DNA from: Adineta vaga
Lineage: Eukaryota > Animalia > Rotifera
Assembly (NCBI GenBank): GCA_021613535.1
Contig: CP075495.1
Location: forward strand, 14,322,001-14,386,000
Direction: 5' to 3'
DNA: 64,000 nt
Shown: piece by piece, positions 1 to 14,634 of the stretch
How positions within the stretch are numbered: position 1 is the first letter of the stretch
How the letters are laid out: each line of letters opens with the position of its first letter
Position numbers and translations under genes: made by a program
The notes under the pieces: generated by a model
The model's input: only the letters and a program-made list of their open reading frames with translations
Database searches by the model: none
Told to the model about the DNA's origin: nothing

Positions 1-694
1 AAAGGAAAACCTCAAGAGTATCAACATACTAACAACTTACGAAAGAAGAACGCTACGAACATCCACAATAAACTTTATACCCATGATGAGAAAAGAAAGT
101 TCTTCAAGATAATGAATAGATTGTCCCTCAAATCTCTCTTTCTTTTTTTTTCTTCTCTGTTAAACATTACCGAACTAAGGACTTCGTGTCAATGCCAATG
201 AAAATTAGAGATTTTTGATTGAACACCATCGATCATTGTTGATAGAAATTGTCTCATGAATAATTATTTTCATAGAACTCTGGAAAAAAAAACCTCTTCA
301 AATGGGACCTTGACTTCTTTATATATATATATCTTTTTTTTGTGGTTTGCATTAATTGTAGACTATACATCAATAAATAAAATCTTTTCTTCTTATTGAA
401 ACATAGATTGACTAGACTATTGATTAAAACATACATCAAACAGATTACCATGCAATACATAACTTTCTTCTTCTTCTTCTAAATACATTAAGTATATGCA
501 TAACTAACGGAAGTCTATATTGAGAAACATATATATTAGATTTTCATTCAACAGAAGACAAATCTGTTACATGTATTTTAAACTCTATGAATAATTCATC
601 GAGAGAAATTTGTTGTTTTTTTTTACTCGTTTACTCTTTACAATATATACAGTACTGCAAAAGTCAATAGATCAAATAAAATTAGAATACTTTG

Positions 695-3600
695 TCAAGT
701 TTTTCGTCGTCGTCGTTTTTGTTTAATTTTTATCATCGATATTGGTTTGTTTTTTGTTATAACTTTAAATATATGTTTTCTTGTTAGTTCAATATGTTTT
801 CTTTCGGCATCTAATTCTAAATCATTTGCTAAACGAATTGCATTTGCGAATTGAGTTTTAGCAGAACGTTGATTTCCAGTAATTAAACATTTCAGTGCCA
901 AACACATTAAATAACGTGGTCGTAATAATTTAAAATGTTTACTTATATCATACATATGAGAAATAATCAAACGTTGTTGAACTTCAAGTGGTATTATTGG
1001 AAGACGAGTTTCGATTAACCATTTTGTACATTCATAAACTTCATAGAGTGCTAATTTAAGCATACCATTACAAACACGAAATGTCCATTCTTTTAATGAC
1101 ATACCAAATTTAATTGCACGCATATAATGCTAGAAAAATTTCGAAATATTTTGAATTATTATTGAGAGAGAGAGAAGAAAAAGGCGTATATAACATTAAA
1201 TTAGTGATACTCTATTTATTATTCATTATGTGAATATAAACTATTTTTCAATTCTATCCTCGATTTATGTATCTTGTGACTCAATAATTCTATTAACTTT
1301 TGTTCCGACATTGATCCATGTTATTAGATAAAATTGCTTTTATGATTTTCTCTAAAAGAACAGATTAACATCATAGTCTAGACAAATCCAAAAGTACTTG
1401 GACTAAGATAAGTTGAAATATCAATATATAGAGTGTGAATTTGTGTTTTTTCTTTTTGAAATTCATAAGAGAGTTTTATACCTCATTAGCTCGATCTAAT
1501 TTAATAATCTTCGTATAAGATTCAACTAAAGTTGCTTGAGCATAAAAAACAATCGTTAGAAATTTATGAATATCTCCTGGTGTTGATGTTTTCTTTTCCA
1601 CATGTTCAAGTAAATAATCAATTGCAAGAACAATTTCATTTAATAAATTTTCATCATATTCAATATTTAATTCCACAAATGTTTCTAATGTTAAAATAAA
1701 TGACCAAAGACGATTTTCATATTGTAATGGTCGATTTGATTCATTATCAATAATATCAATTAAATCTCTTATAACTCCTTCTTTTCGACCAATTAATGCT
1801 GCCTAGAATACTTCAAATAAATCGTTCATTAACTCAATTCTATTCATTTACTTGTAAACTATATGTTGCAACTGTCATTAAATGTTCATAAGCACCAATT
1901 TTATTAACTAAATCTTTAATTTTATATGAATCATTTAAAGCTCGATCAATTTTTCCTCGATATAGATTCCATATCATTGATAACCAATTTGATTTAATTG
2001 CAATTGTTTCATAACCAATAGGAATAGGTTCAATATATCGAATAATTGCTTGAACAAATAAATCACAATCTTCCATACGTTTAAGATCATGAGATAATTC
2101 TGCAAGTAATATCAATGATTGACAATGTTCATAAGATGTTAAGACAAATTGACATTGTATTAATGATAATGTTGCATTTAAAACACAAAAATAAGCAAAT
2201 AATAATTGTCCATGACGACGTGCACATTGACCAGCACGAAATAATAATTTACCAGTAAAATATCGTTGAATAATTTCTTCATCAGTTAACTTTTTATTGA
2301 TTGTTTGATGAATTAATGTTCGAATAAGAGTATGACGTAATTGTTTACATTGACTTTTCAATTTCATTGAATCTCGTGAACGAAAATCAATTAATTGAAC
2401 ATTTAAAATTTTTAAACCATAAACAACATAAAGAAATGCTTCATCATTCTTTCGCATACGATAAACTGATTCTTTGAACAATAGAAAAGTGCTTTTCGTT
2501 TTGTTTTGTTGTTAAAAATATTGAAAGATCTTTACCTGATAATAAATCATAAATTTGTGGTTCGAAAAATAAAGGTAAATTAAGATAATCACGTTCTTTT
2601 TCTAAACGTTCAAGAAGATTTTGAAGAATTATTTTTGATTCATAATAATTCGTTCGTATTAATTCTACACGTGCTAATTCTAATGAATAATAAAATACTT
2701 TTTCTATATTTGATGATTGATCCCATAATTTAATTAATAAACGATAGATTTCAACAAGTAAATAATTACAACGACAATTTCGTTGATTATATCTTGAAAT
2801 GAAAACAAAAACAAAATGTCATTCATATTAAAATCTAGATTTTACTCGATTTCAGTTGTATGATGTGAAATTGTATGATTAATTATCATATCGTTCGTTT
2901 TTGTTGTTTGAAATTCTTCTTGATTTATACAATGAAATGTTTGTCTTATTGATAAATCCGGAGCAAAATCAAGAAATTCAAATCGATGATCAATGCCTTC
3001 TTTTAATAGAAATAATGGACATGTTTCTGTAAAATTCATATATAAACGTTCATTTATAGATAAAATTGTTGATTTTTCATTTTGATATGATGAAATTGTT
3101 TTAATTAAAACTGTTGATGTCGAATCATGATCTGTCTGACGTGAAAGATGTAAATGTTTTACTAAATGTTCCGCTTCTAAGAATATTCAAACATAAAATT
3201 TATCATTATCTTATTTGAATTCGCAATTTATCTAGATTATTTTTTAGCTCGAAATGATATTTTTTCTCATATAGAATGTAGAAATGTACTCGAAGAAAAT
3301 CTCATGAATAATAATAAAGATATTATTACGATTGATGTTTATATCTTGGAGAAAATTGAAATGAATAGAGAGAAAACGACATCTATGAATGACTTTGTCA
3401 TTTGTTTCAATAAAGAATAAAAAGATATTATTTACCAAACATGATATCTTTGGTTAATAAGCGTTTGTTTTTACTATTTGGTGAATGTCTTAAAGGATTT
3501 TCTTTGAGTATTTCAGGTGAATTGGATTGTTTAAGAATTATATCTTGATCATTCATTGCATTATTTGTTAAAAAATCTAAAGATGATTACTTCATCAAGT

Positions 3601-6600
3601 GTATATGTGATTAAAACTTACTCGAAGGAAATGAAGAGGACTTTGAGTATTGATGTTTGAATAAGGTTTGATTTAGGTTTCTATATAGAATTGAAATTCA
3701 TTGGAAAAGAATCGAAAAAATTGTTACATTTGATGATTATTCTCCGATGAAAATTTTCGATGTTTAAATATTTTAAACCAATGATGATGAAGAATTTGTT
3801 CGATAGTAAATGTATTCAATTCTTGATTGTTATTATTATTGAAATGATTCAATTGTTGAAGATTTTGAAAATGATTCGAAGTTTTCTTTCGTCGAAATTT
3901 GAATAAACGTCGAGAAAATAATCTGAATCGATTGATAATTATTCGATATCTTCTTTGTTGAATTAAATATATTTTGAAAAATTCATTACAAGTTTTTCTT
4001 GATTTACAAAGATCAAAATTTGATTCGTAACAATGATTATTTCTTGAATTAGAATTTTTCAAATTCTTCAATAAAACAACATCAGGTGTTTCAATTGTTG
4101 ATCGTGTTGGATAGATTATTGTCATTGGACTATCGGATTGTATTAGACTGTTTTCATGTAAGCGAGAAGGAATTTTAGCATATGTTTCACCTTCAATTGT
4201 ATCTTTACGTCCACCAATTGCTATGTAAATAGACGATAGTAATAAGAACAATGAGAAAGAGTTATTTCAAAACAATGATTTTTTCGAAAAAAAAAGCAAA
4301 GATTTTCCGATTTCATGAAAACACAGAGATACATCATATCTCCTATACCGCTGAATTCTCTAATATCTTACCCATAGGATGAAATGTAGTTGACTGTTTG
4401 ATATTTTTAGTTAGAAAATTAATTTGTTGAATATTATTTCTTAATTGTTGAAAATAATTTCCTTTTTCTTGTAATTCCTGTTGATGTGTATCATGATAAA
4501 ATGTTTTCATTAAATTCTTTTCTTTTGATAAAATTTGTTCATGATCATCACTTGAATATTCTTTATCTTTATTCGAGATAATTTGTATTTGTTGAATAGA
4601 AAAATGATCAAGTATCATATTTTGTAAACGTTGATTTAATTGTTTTAATTTTCTTTCATGAAATGTATCAAGAATTGACATACCTAATTTCATACTTTGA
4701 ATTGGTGTTAAAAAAATCAATGAATCAGATTCGCCACCACATGATTTACATCGATGTATTTTTGATTCAATAAATAACGCTATTTTCGATGAATAATCAT
4801 GTTGAAATTGATCAATAATGGTTGCAAGTGTTGCTTCTTTTAATGTCGGATCTTTAAATTTATACATACGACAATTTTCAATTTGTTTTGTTGTATTCTC
4901 TGGACAACAACATAGAGATGTCATACTTGAAAAAATAAAAACAATATAAAAAGATATATAATTGAAGAATTCTGTTTTCTTCCCTACTTTTTTTCATGTA
5001 TTAATCTCGCTATTGTCGAATTCTTTCGTGCTCCAACATCTATCCAAGAACATTCGAAAATTTGTGCACGATATAATTGTGAGAAGGCAGTATTAATCTA
5101 GAAAATCGAATACAAAAAACATAGATATATGTTAAATATCAATATTTTCATTACTTTCAATAATTCACCAGCAATTCCATGATTATGATGTTTATTATTA
5201 TTCAATTGATGTTGATATGTATGAAAGATTTCATTAGTATGAATATCATAATTTGTAATTGCATGTACAATAATTCTAAATATAAAGAAACGGTGTATTT
5301 TATGAGAATATGTTTTTTTCAATACCTTTTCGATATATTTTTTGTTAATAATGAACTTATTTTTGCAATACGTTTTTCAAAATCTCTTAGTTTATCTATT
5401 TTAACATGTGCATTGATATTTTCAATAACAGTTGTATATGTCCAAAATTTATTTCTATCTATATCACATATTCGACATAATTGTGGTTCAACATATTCAA
5501 ATAAAATCTTGACATTTCCACTCGCTGGATCATGTTGTGCAACACGTTTCCATAAATATTTTTGTAAACCTTCAACATATTCATCATTGAAATCATCATC
5601 ATTGGTTATTGTTTCAATTCGAATGATTTGATTCGATAATAAATCAGATAATAATTGAACAACATTTTGTGGATGACCTCTTTTAAATGAAATCAATTGT
5701 TTTTTTGAAGAAAAAAAAAGATAATAAATCTTAATTTTAAATACAAACTTATCTGATTTTCGTGTTATTAATATTTCAAGATCTTTCGGTATACGTTGAA
5801 CAAACATTGCTTGACATGCAAGAGTCGTTAAATATCGATTATCAAGACCTATATTCAATCAAGAAATATAAGTTCATTCGAAATCTATCGATTGCATATT
5901 TTACCCATAAGTTGAATATGTTTCGTTGTTGATGATTCACGAAGATTAATCATACGTGTATGTAATTCATCATCATCTAATGTTGGATCTCGCATTGCTA
6001 GAATGAGAAGAGAAGTTGATGCTGAACCTATGGGATAAAAAAAACAACTCAATTCATTGAAATATTCGATGAAAAGAAGAAATTCTTCTACCGAGAAGAT
6101 GAAGATATTGCCAAGATTCTTTATCGATATATTGTGCATCATCAACAATAAATATGGTTGGTTGAGGTTGATAATTAAATATTTCATAAGTTGGATTTGT
6201 TGCATTAAGAATCAATTCATAAATCATTTCTTCAAGTATTTTACGTTTTGAATTTCCATTTAATTTATCAATATCAATATTTAATTTATCAAAATAGGGT
6301 CTCAATAAATATAAATACTTTTCATGATCTAAAAGAATATCGTTTTTATTTCATTCTTTATCAATCCAATATTCATTTATTTACTCGGTAAAAGTGATTT
6401 TAAGACGTTTAAAAGTGCATCAGATTCTTGTAATTCAGTATATAATAATTTCTTAAATAATTGTTTCAATGTATAACCAAATAATTGTACATGTTCAAAA
6501 CTTGCATTATAAGAAACTCGACGAATATTTTGTGTATCATACATTAATTCTTCATTGACATGAGCAAGAAGACGTGAACGACCAACACCAGTTGAACCAG

Positions 6601-9175
6601 TTAGAAATATACAAGATATTGTTATACAACAATGTCGAATAACTTGTTCAAGATATTCTAAAATTGTATTCCATTCATCTTCACGATTAATCATTGAAAA
6701 GACGAATACACTCATATTATGTTGATCATCATCTTGTCCTTTATATCGACGTATACTTGATGATATTGTCAAACCTTTTAATGGTACAGTAGGTAAAAGT
6801 TCAAAATAACGTTCTTCAAGATGAGCTTTATGATAAGTTTCATCATCACAAGAAACAATACCAGGATAATTAACCATTAATCGAGCAGCCTAAAACAATT
6901 TAATATTCAATGGAAAATAAGAAAGTAACATCAAACAAACCATGTTCACTTTTCTACCAATAACTGTATATTCACATCGAAGTGGATGTCCTAATACACC
7001 CTAGAATGAATATTTACAAACTTTCATATATATATATATATAAATAGGAAAGTACTTACACAGAATGTTTGACCAGTTGTAACACCAGTACTAACTCTGG
7101 CCACAAAATTGAATTTTTCTATATGAAAAATTTATTTTCATCTTTCTCCTTTCTCGTTTTCATTCTTACCTAATCTTTGAGTAATAAGAAAACTAAATTT
7201 TAACGCTCGTTCTGCATCTAAAATTTCATTATTTATATTTCTTATCTTAATTCAAAATTCAATACAAACCATCTGGATGTTTATATCCTGGCATTCCAAA
7301 AGCACATAGAAGACTTAAACCTTTATCAAACATGAAAACTTTCGTTAATAAACCATTCGTTATGGAAATTTGTTCAGCACAACAATCGATTATTGTTTGT
7401 AATTTCAATGGTAATTGTTTTATTTGATAATCAGTTAGTATAATATTAATAAAACAAATATTAATTAAACGTAATTCAGATAATTGATCAAGTGATTCAT
7501 GGTTTCTAACAGGTTTAATAATAAACGTACTTAAATCAAAGATATCATATTCTTCAAAATTCCAAAAAATACTCGGACGAAGTTTCATTGCTTGTTCATC
7601 AGTTAAATCAATTTTTTTATTCTAAAAAAAACAAATAAACTCATTCAAATCAAAGTTTGAAAGATATTCTTACTAATCGTTCTTGTTTTTTATTTGTTAC
7701 AGTTAATAGATCTTTCATATCATTATTAGCCATTTCTAATAAAGGTGTATTTATTCGATTCCATTTATTAATGAAATTTTTCATTGGACTATATTCATTT
7801 AATGTTGTTCGTTTTTTTAAAATTTCATTTCTATTATTTGTTGGTTCAATAGAATCTGAAGATATCAATGATTGATCATCTGATAAGTCATTTTCTGTTA
7901 GAATATCATTTCGACGACCATAAACTCGGATATCTAAATATTGATTTTTTTCTTGATTAAAAAAGTAGAAAGTTAAGATCAATTTTACAATGTGCTAGAA
8001 TCTTTTGTTTTAAAATAATATCTCGCGTTTTACTTGGTGGTGTTAGACGTTTATTAATTGCTGATGTAATACTATTTGATAGACCATGAGTAATTATTTC
8101 ACTTTGATGATTGGAAGAACGAGATGGAAGTTCTGTATTTTCATCATCATGTTCAGCTGTGAATTTTTCATGAATATATTCCTAAAATTAATCGATTTTA
8201 TTTGCTATTCAAATTCAAAATACTATTTCATTTACTGTATCTGCATCAAGAAGTAACCATGTTGCTAGATCAACGATGATATCTTGAGATTTACAAACGT
8301 CTAAATGAATAATGAAATTTCGAGGGTATATCTTGCAATGATTTTTATTACGTTCAGCATTTCTCACACTAACAACAGCACTACCATAACAAACATAATA
8401 ATTAACAAGATTAGTTCGACAATGTTCAATCATTTCTTCTGTAATTCCTGTTTTATTTGAATTGAATTTTTTGTTGAAATCAGAATAGAAATTAACTTTT
8501 CGCATAGAAGATTGAGTTTTTATTCCATATTCATCAAGTATTTTTGAACATGCCAGAGTTGTTCCCTGAAAATAGAAATCGTTTTCATGAGCAAAACTAT
8601 ATATCAAAAACATTGGAAACAAACACGAAGAAATATAATCGAATAAGAACCCATTGCAATAGCCGTTTTAATATTTAAAACAGTTCCTATCGATGTCATA
8701 TAATCACAAAACGATTTTTTCATATATAATGCACATGATATCACGCGTTTTGCTTGTTCACGTTGATGTTCAATTGAATTATTTTCAAATGGCCATAAAC
8801 CTACATAATGAAATATTATCTTTGAAAACAGAAATCACTTTTCTTTTCATTTCTACCAAGAACGGCATCACCAGCAAATTTATAAACATCTCCTTTTTCT
8901 TTTAAAATCGCTTCAACAATAGGTGCCATATAACCATTCAAAGCATTAGCTAATTGATTCACACCGCGTTGAATATCGTTACTATATTTTTCACACATTT
9001 CCGTAAAACCTGATACATCAGCGAAAAGAATAATGCCATGATATGTTTGAGCATATGGAATAGTTTCGTTTCGTGTTCGTTTTAGAAGAACATCAGGTAA
9101 TTGATAAATAAATGAACAAGATTGATTCGATTGACCATCGATCGAAAAATGATTTTCATTATTACGTTTACTCAT
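695..9175 (-). CDS. ADCY10: Soluble adenylyl cyclase (ADCY10/sAC-like), multi-exon: two class III cyclase domains, P-loop (STAND-type) NTPase, helical/TPR-like C-terminus
   Basis: Exon translations give ILFADVSGFT, KFAGDAVL, FMFDKG, GVTTGQTFCGVLGHPLRCEYTVIGRKVNMAARLM, Walker A-like FLTGSTGVGRS and Walker B IFIVDDAQYID. Many ~55-nt GT-AG introns. Probable ATG at 9175 (MSKRNNE), stop at 695. Exon boundaries approximate. Confidence 0.9.
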
Positions 9176-9235
9176 TCTTAGCTTTTTTGTTAAAATAAAT
9201 AAATTGATATGCATTCTTTAACGCGCTTTATTTTC

Positions 9236-9266
<31 letters not shown>

Positions 9267-9521
9267 TAAAGAAAATCTTTGAATACCTGTTGTCTCCATT
9301 ACGAGGAAATAAAGTGTCCTTATTAACTTTGTCTATAAGAAATAAAATTTCCCTGAGTATGAATTATAAGACAATTACAAAGTTCATTTGTTAACATTGT
9401 CCCTCGACTGATTTTTTAGTGTCAATCTATCAACATATTTATTTACAAAATTGTAAACAAACACATGGGAAACAAAACAAGATTAGTTTTTTTTCGTCAC
9501 TTTAATATAAAAATAACGTCA

Positions 9522-11302
9522 TTAGTAAAATATCGGATCTTTTGAATCGGTATAGACATGTGAATACAGATCATTTTCATATTCAATTAATTGTCGAAGA
9601 AAACCAATATTTGGACAAACAATAGGTCGTCGATGTCTGAGAAATCGAAATGCTTCATAGACAGTTGCATGATATGTTTTCATTAGATATACAAGAACTA
9701 ATGTTGTTGATCTTGATATACCCAAATTACAATGAACAAGAACACGATTTGATGAACTTTGTAAAGCTGATTGAATAAATTCAACTGTATGATCAAAACG
9801 ATCTTTTAAATAAACATCTTCTTTATCTTCTAATTCTAAATGAAGATATTGAAGTTTATCATTAAATATACATGGATGTTCAATCGATATATTAATAATA
9901 TGTGTGATTTTAAGATCACGAACAACTTTCCAATTTGTTGCTTGATTTCCTGTACCTAGAGAAAAGATTTTTTTTCTTCTTCTTCTTGAAAACAAATAAA
10001 CAACAAATTTCTTTTACCAAGATAAAGTTGATTATCGAGAACAACAGATGGATAAATTGTCAGAAATTTTTCTCGATCAACAGTTGAACGTACATCAGAT
10101 TGTGTACAAACAAATGGAAATAGTGAACGAAATGCTTCAAAACCACCAGCTAATGTTGCACATGAACGTGAACCAGATGGTGAAAATCGATGGATAATTC
10201 GACGCATTTCACTTGATGTATTCGGTAAAACACCTTTATCATCATATAAAACAATTTCACTGAATCGTTCGACAAGAGATATATAAACAGTACCATTCAA
10301 TGCATCTTCCCAATGAATAGCTAAAATAAATGATTTCAATTCTTTTTAAGGACAAATCATTTCGATAGTGTAAAAAAAGAATGTTCGTAAAGAATAACGT
10401 GTTGTTTCTATTTTTGTTGCTTTTTTAACCTTAATTGACAAACAAAATGTTCCTATTAAAAATCTTTATTCAACATAAACTAAGAATAGGTAGAAGGTTA
10501 ATTGCTTTTATATCTCTCGGCTTTCTTCTCGTGATTTTAATAGAGAATATACAAATGATATACGAATTCTTTATGAAAAAAGAAACACAAAACTGTCAGT
10601 GTTCTACCTTCTGTCAAAGTTTGTATCTTGACATTTTATTTCCATTTATTTGATTACTCATTTATATATATGCTATTATATTACTTCAAGAACAAAAAAT
10701 GTCGATCACATCATTTAGATTAGACTTTTACCTGTTATAATATGACTTCTATTGAAATCTTCTTTTGATCGACAATCGATAAGATATAAATAATGTGCAT
10801 GCATGAATAAATACTGATTTTGTAATCCATAGCCCATCATATTGAATAATTTCGATGGTGTTACACAATCTGATTGAGAACTTGTTGCTGGTAATGTGCA
10901 TTCAAGTTTTGGTGGGGGTGGAGATGATTGATGTTGTTGTTGATTGTGATTATTCATCGATTTTTCACTTCCTGATCCATTTGATAACTGCTGTTGTTTT
11001 AATCCGTTGAGTGATGGTGTAGTTGATTGAGAGTCTGTATTTGCTCGTCCTCTTGGCGTTAAACTATCATTTGTATTTGAACGTCGAGATGTTTGTGATG
11101 ATGCGATGGAATTCAATGTGGTTGTTGAACGATTCTTAGATGGTAGGTTTGTTTTTCGTCTGAGAGATAGTCGTTCATTAATGAGATTATTTTGATTAGT
11201 TCCATCATATTGTGATGGAAGTCGTGTTGTAAATGTGTAAGTTTTCTGTGAATTACTCGGTAATGAGACAGTATTACGTTCGATTGCTCGAGTTCCAGGC
11301 AT
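9522..11302 (-). CDS. Rhodanese (CH2) plus dual-specificity phosphatase, STYXL1/MK-STYX-like, 3 exons
   Basis: Rhodanese segment CVTPSKLFNMM...YLYLIDCRSKEDFNRSHIITA and LAGGFEAF; DSP domain YPSVVLDNQLYLG...KITHIINIS, VHCNLGISRS, PNIGFLRQLIEYE. ATG at 11302 (MPGTRA). Confidence 0.85.
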
Positions 11303-12918
11303 AGTTTCAATATTTGATATTGTAATACAACGTTGCAAAGGTAATTAGTAGATTTTCTCTTGTTCGAACACTTGATGTATAAGAAAGAAAAAGTTGTGAA
11401 TGAATAAAACGGAGTAATAGACGGAGAAGAAGTGCGAGTAAAGAAAAAGAAACGAAAGAAATCTATATTAAAAGAAATACTATTTTTATTTGATGAGAAT
11501 GAGACGGTGAAGTCACCGATTGTAGTCGAAATGAGAACCAAGAGGGAGGGAGAGAATAAGAAAAAGATGAAGGAGGAGGAGAGTTTTTCTTTTTTTATAT
11601 TTCTCGTCTGTAAATTGAAGATTGTTAACAACTGTTTATCTATTCAAATGAGAACATTACAGAAACATATCTGAAGAGAAAAAAAAGAAGAAACTAAGCA
11701 ATGTACCTTATTACTTAGCAGAAAAGAAAAAAAAATCTAATCTAAATAATTTAGTTTGCGAAGACAATCAAAGACATTTGAATTATATTGAAATAAGAAA
11801 GTCCAAAGTACATTATTGATCAAAAACAAAAGGCGAGTTCAGATGCTCATGACTTTTCGTACGTTTGTTTTTACTATCGAATAGTAAAAACATTAAAACT
11901 ACAAATAGCTTTTTTTCTCGTTGAGAATTTAAAAGAAAACTATTTGTAGCATTGTTTTTTTTGTCATATGAATCATTATATGTCCTATTAAATACAAATG
12001 CATAATATGAGTGATTTCGTTTTGTCCCCCTCACAACGATTCATAAGTGACTCTATAAATATCTTAAGAGCGATGAAATGATTACTTTGATCTACTAACA
12101 AATGTAGAGTATAAACGAAATTACAAGTCGAAGTTCATTCCTACACAAATTAATATCAAAGGGTCATTATTTTATCTACGCGTCTGGTCTATTTGTGTTC
12201 TGATTTATTTAGAAAGATATATTCTTTTGTTTAAGATACTTTCTATTTATAAATATTACTTTCGACATTTCATTTTCATCTTCAAGATACAATTCTTGAA
12301 ATGAAACCTTAGATAGATCTCATGTGACGCGGGGCGTATAGGTATCGATCGTAACTATTAATTACTTTTCGACAGACACTCCTTTCTTTTTCTCGAAATA
12401 ATAAAATGAAAATATAATTTTTGATCGTATGTTTATTCGATTTATTTTGTTAGACATATTTATTTGACATTCATTTTGAAACACTATAATTGAGATGAGA
12501 CTTGTAATTCATCCACCATCATCTTACATATTTTCGTTACATTTTTTAAAGTCAATTTATTGTCAAAAAAAGAAGAAAAAAAACAATCAAACTTAGAAAG
12601 AAAGATGTGTGTGCATAATAACGAAGAAGAAGAAAAATCACGAAATAAAATTACGATTTTCTCATGGTTTCTTATTACTTTCATCATCTTTAAAAGTGTA
12701 TATAAATATGGGTGTGCATATTTGTGCATAGAAATATATTGTTATTATTCTAAGAAGATAGGAAATTGTGCACGTGTATTTACAATCAACAGACTATTGC
12801 GTATGTTGAATAAATCAGATATATATTTCATCTATCATTGTCAATGAGTGTTCGAATACGGTTATGAAGGAATAAATAACTAGATTACTAAAAAGGCACT
12901 TTTAATCCACTGTTTTGT

Positions 12919-14634
12919 TCAAGAATTTGAATGAGTTTTATAACGACCAATTGATTTAAGATTTTCAACAAACATTCGACGTGCCATTTCAGGTCGACGA
13001 TCTTCACCAGATATCATTCCGGATAACTAAATTAGTTGAAAAACTTTTGTATTAAGATAAATAAAACATCAATCTTCTACTTACAACATTTGATTGAACA
13101 AAAATACATCCATTTTTATTCAATACTGTTCGTTGACGTTCAATTTCTTTTTCATTAACACCTCGACATGCATCTTCAATCAATGCAGTTCGATAATCAT
13201 TTTCAATAGCATGCATAGCTGTAGATGCTAACATAAAATTAATTGTTATTTCTTTTCGAATTCTTAATTTAATGAACTAATTACTCACCAACGCAAACAT
13301 CAGTAGCTAAACCAACAACATAAACATCAGTTACAAAGCGTTTTTTTAATTCATCGTCTAAAATTGTTTTACTAAGTTTCATATTATCCCAAAATGCTGA
13401 ATAGGAATCAATTTCAGGATTTGTTCCTTTATAAACATGTATAGCATCATCTAGACGAACTAAATCACCATGTAATGCAGCACCTGAACCTTTTTGTACG
13501 CAATGAGCTGGCCAAAGAGTTTGTTCAATACGTTTAGCTATGTCACTTGAACCAATAAATATAATTGTATCAAGTACATGTGCTTTATCTGCAGTAATCT
13601 AGAGTAAAACTATATATAAATATCTAATATTTAAAAAGTATCAATTTACATACGGGACTTTCAGGTGCGGTTTTCCTTAGAAAACGATTTTCATAGAAAG
13701 ATATATGGTTAACTGGATGCCAATCATACGTGTACGCGACAACGTCAAAGTTAACATCATGAAGAATACGATTAATTACGGGAACAACTTCTTCACCTGA
13801 AATAATTATTGATCAATTGAAAAAGAAACCGAGAATTTTTATTCTTTTACCTTGCTGATTGGCAGGACATGAATGAAGTGCTAATGTTCCTGATATGAAA
13901 TCATTTTGAACATCAACAATAACTAATGCACTGACAGGTTTGACAGCCTACAAAACAAATGATATGAGTTAAAGTAATAAAGACATATTTGTATTTACAC
14001 ATTCTATAGGTTTCTTCCATGCTTGAATAAATTCATCAAAATCAATTTTTTCATCCTGAAATTTCATGAAATAATTTCTTAATTTACAAGAATAAATTAT
14101 TAACTTGATTGTAATCTGTTTCACAAAAATATTGTTCGACTAAATCGCTTAATATACAATAGGGTCGTTGTTTATTGGAAAAAAGTGCATTGAGAAAACG
14201 ATGAAAATCATCTCGAGTCCATAAACCTTCACTAAAAGAAAACAATTATCGTCTGATGTATATCAAACTTTCAACACATACTTTAATGAATCAAAATATC
14301 GAAAACATCGTTCAAATTCGTCATCAGAGAAATTATTATTTCTTAATGAAACAAATGGATCATAATCAAAAGATGGCACTTTCATCGACGATTCTTGTAA
14401 AAACAAAGAAAAAGAAAATATAATTCATTGAATATTAAATTAGAGAAAAGAACTGTCAATAAACAAACCTTTATTTCCCATCAATACATTAGAAAATGAA
14501 TGAACAATAGATTTCAATAGCGATTGATGTTTCTGTTCATTAACATTTGTATAAGAACCAATGATAGTACTTGATGCTAAAGTACCATAGGCAAAAAACA
14601 AACGTCGAGTAAATAGTAATGGAAAAACTCGCAT
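12919..14634 (-). CDS. Nicotinamidase (isochorismatase family) with N-terminal EF-hand, metazoan Naam/PNC-1 type, multi-exon
   Basis: Exons read ALVIVDVQNDFISG, YDWHPVNHISF, LWPAHCVQKGSGAALH, KGTNPEIDSYSAFWDN, VYVVGLATDVCV, LIEDACRG; EF-hand-like TDYNQDEKIDFDEF. Last exon ends ...YKTHSNS* at 12919. Confidence 0.88.
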
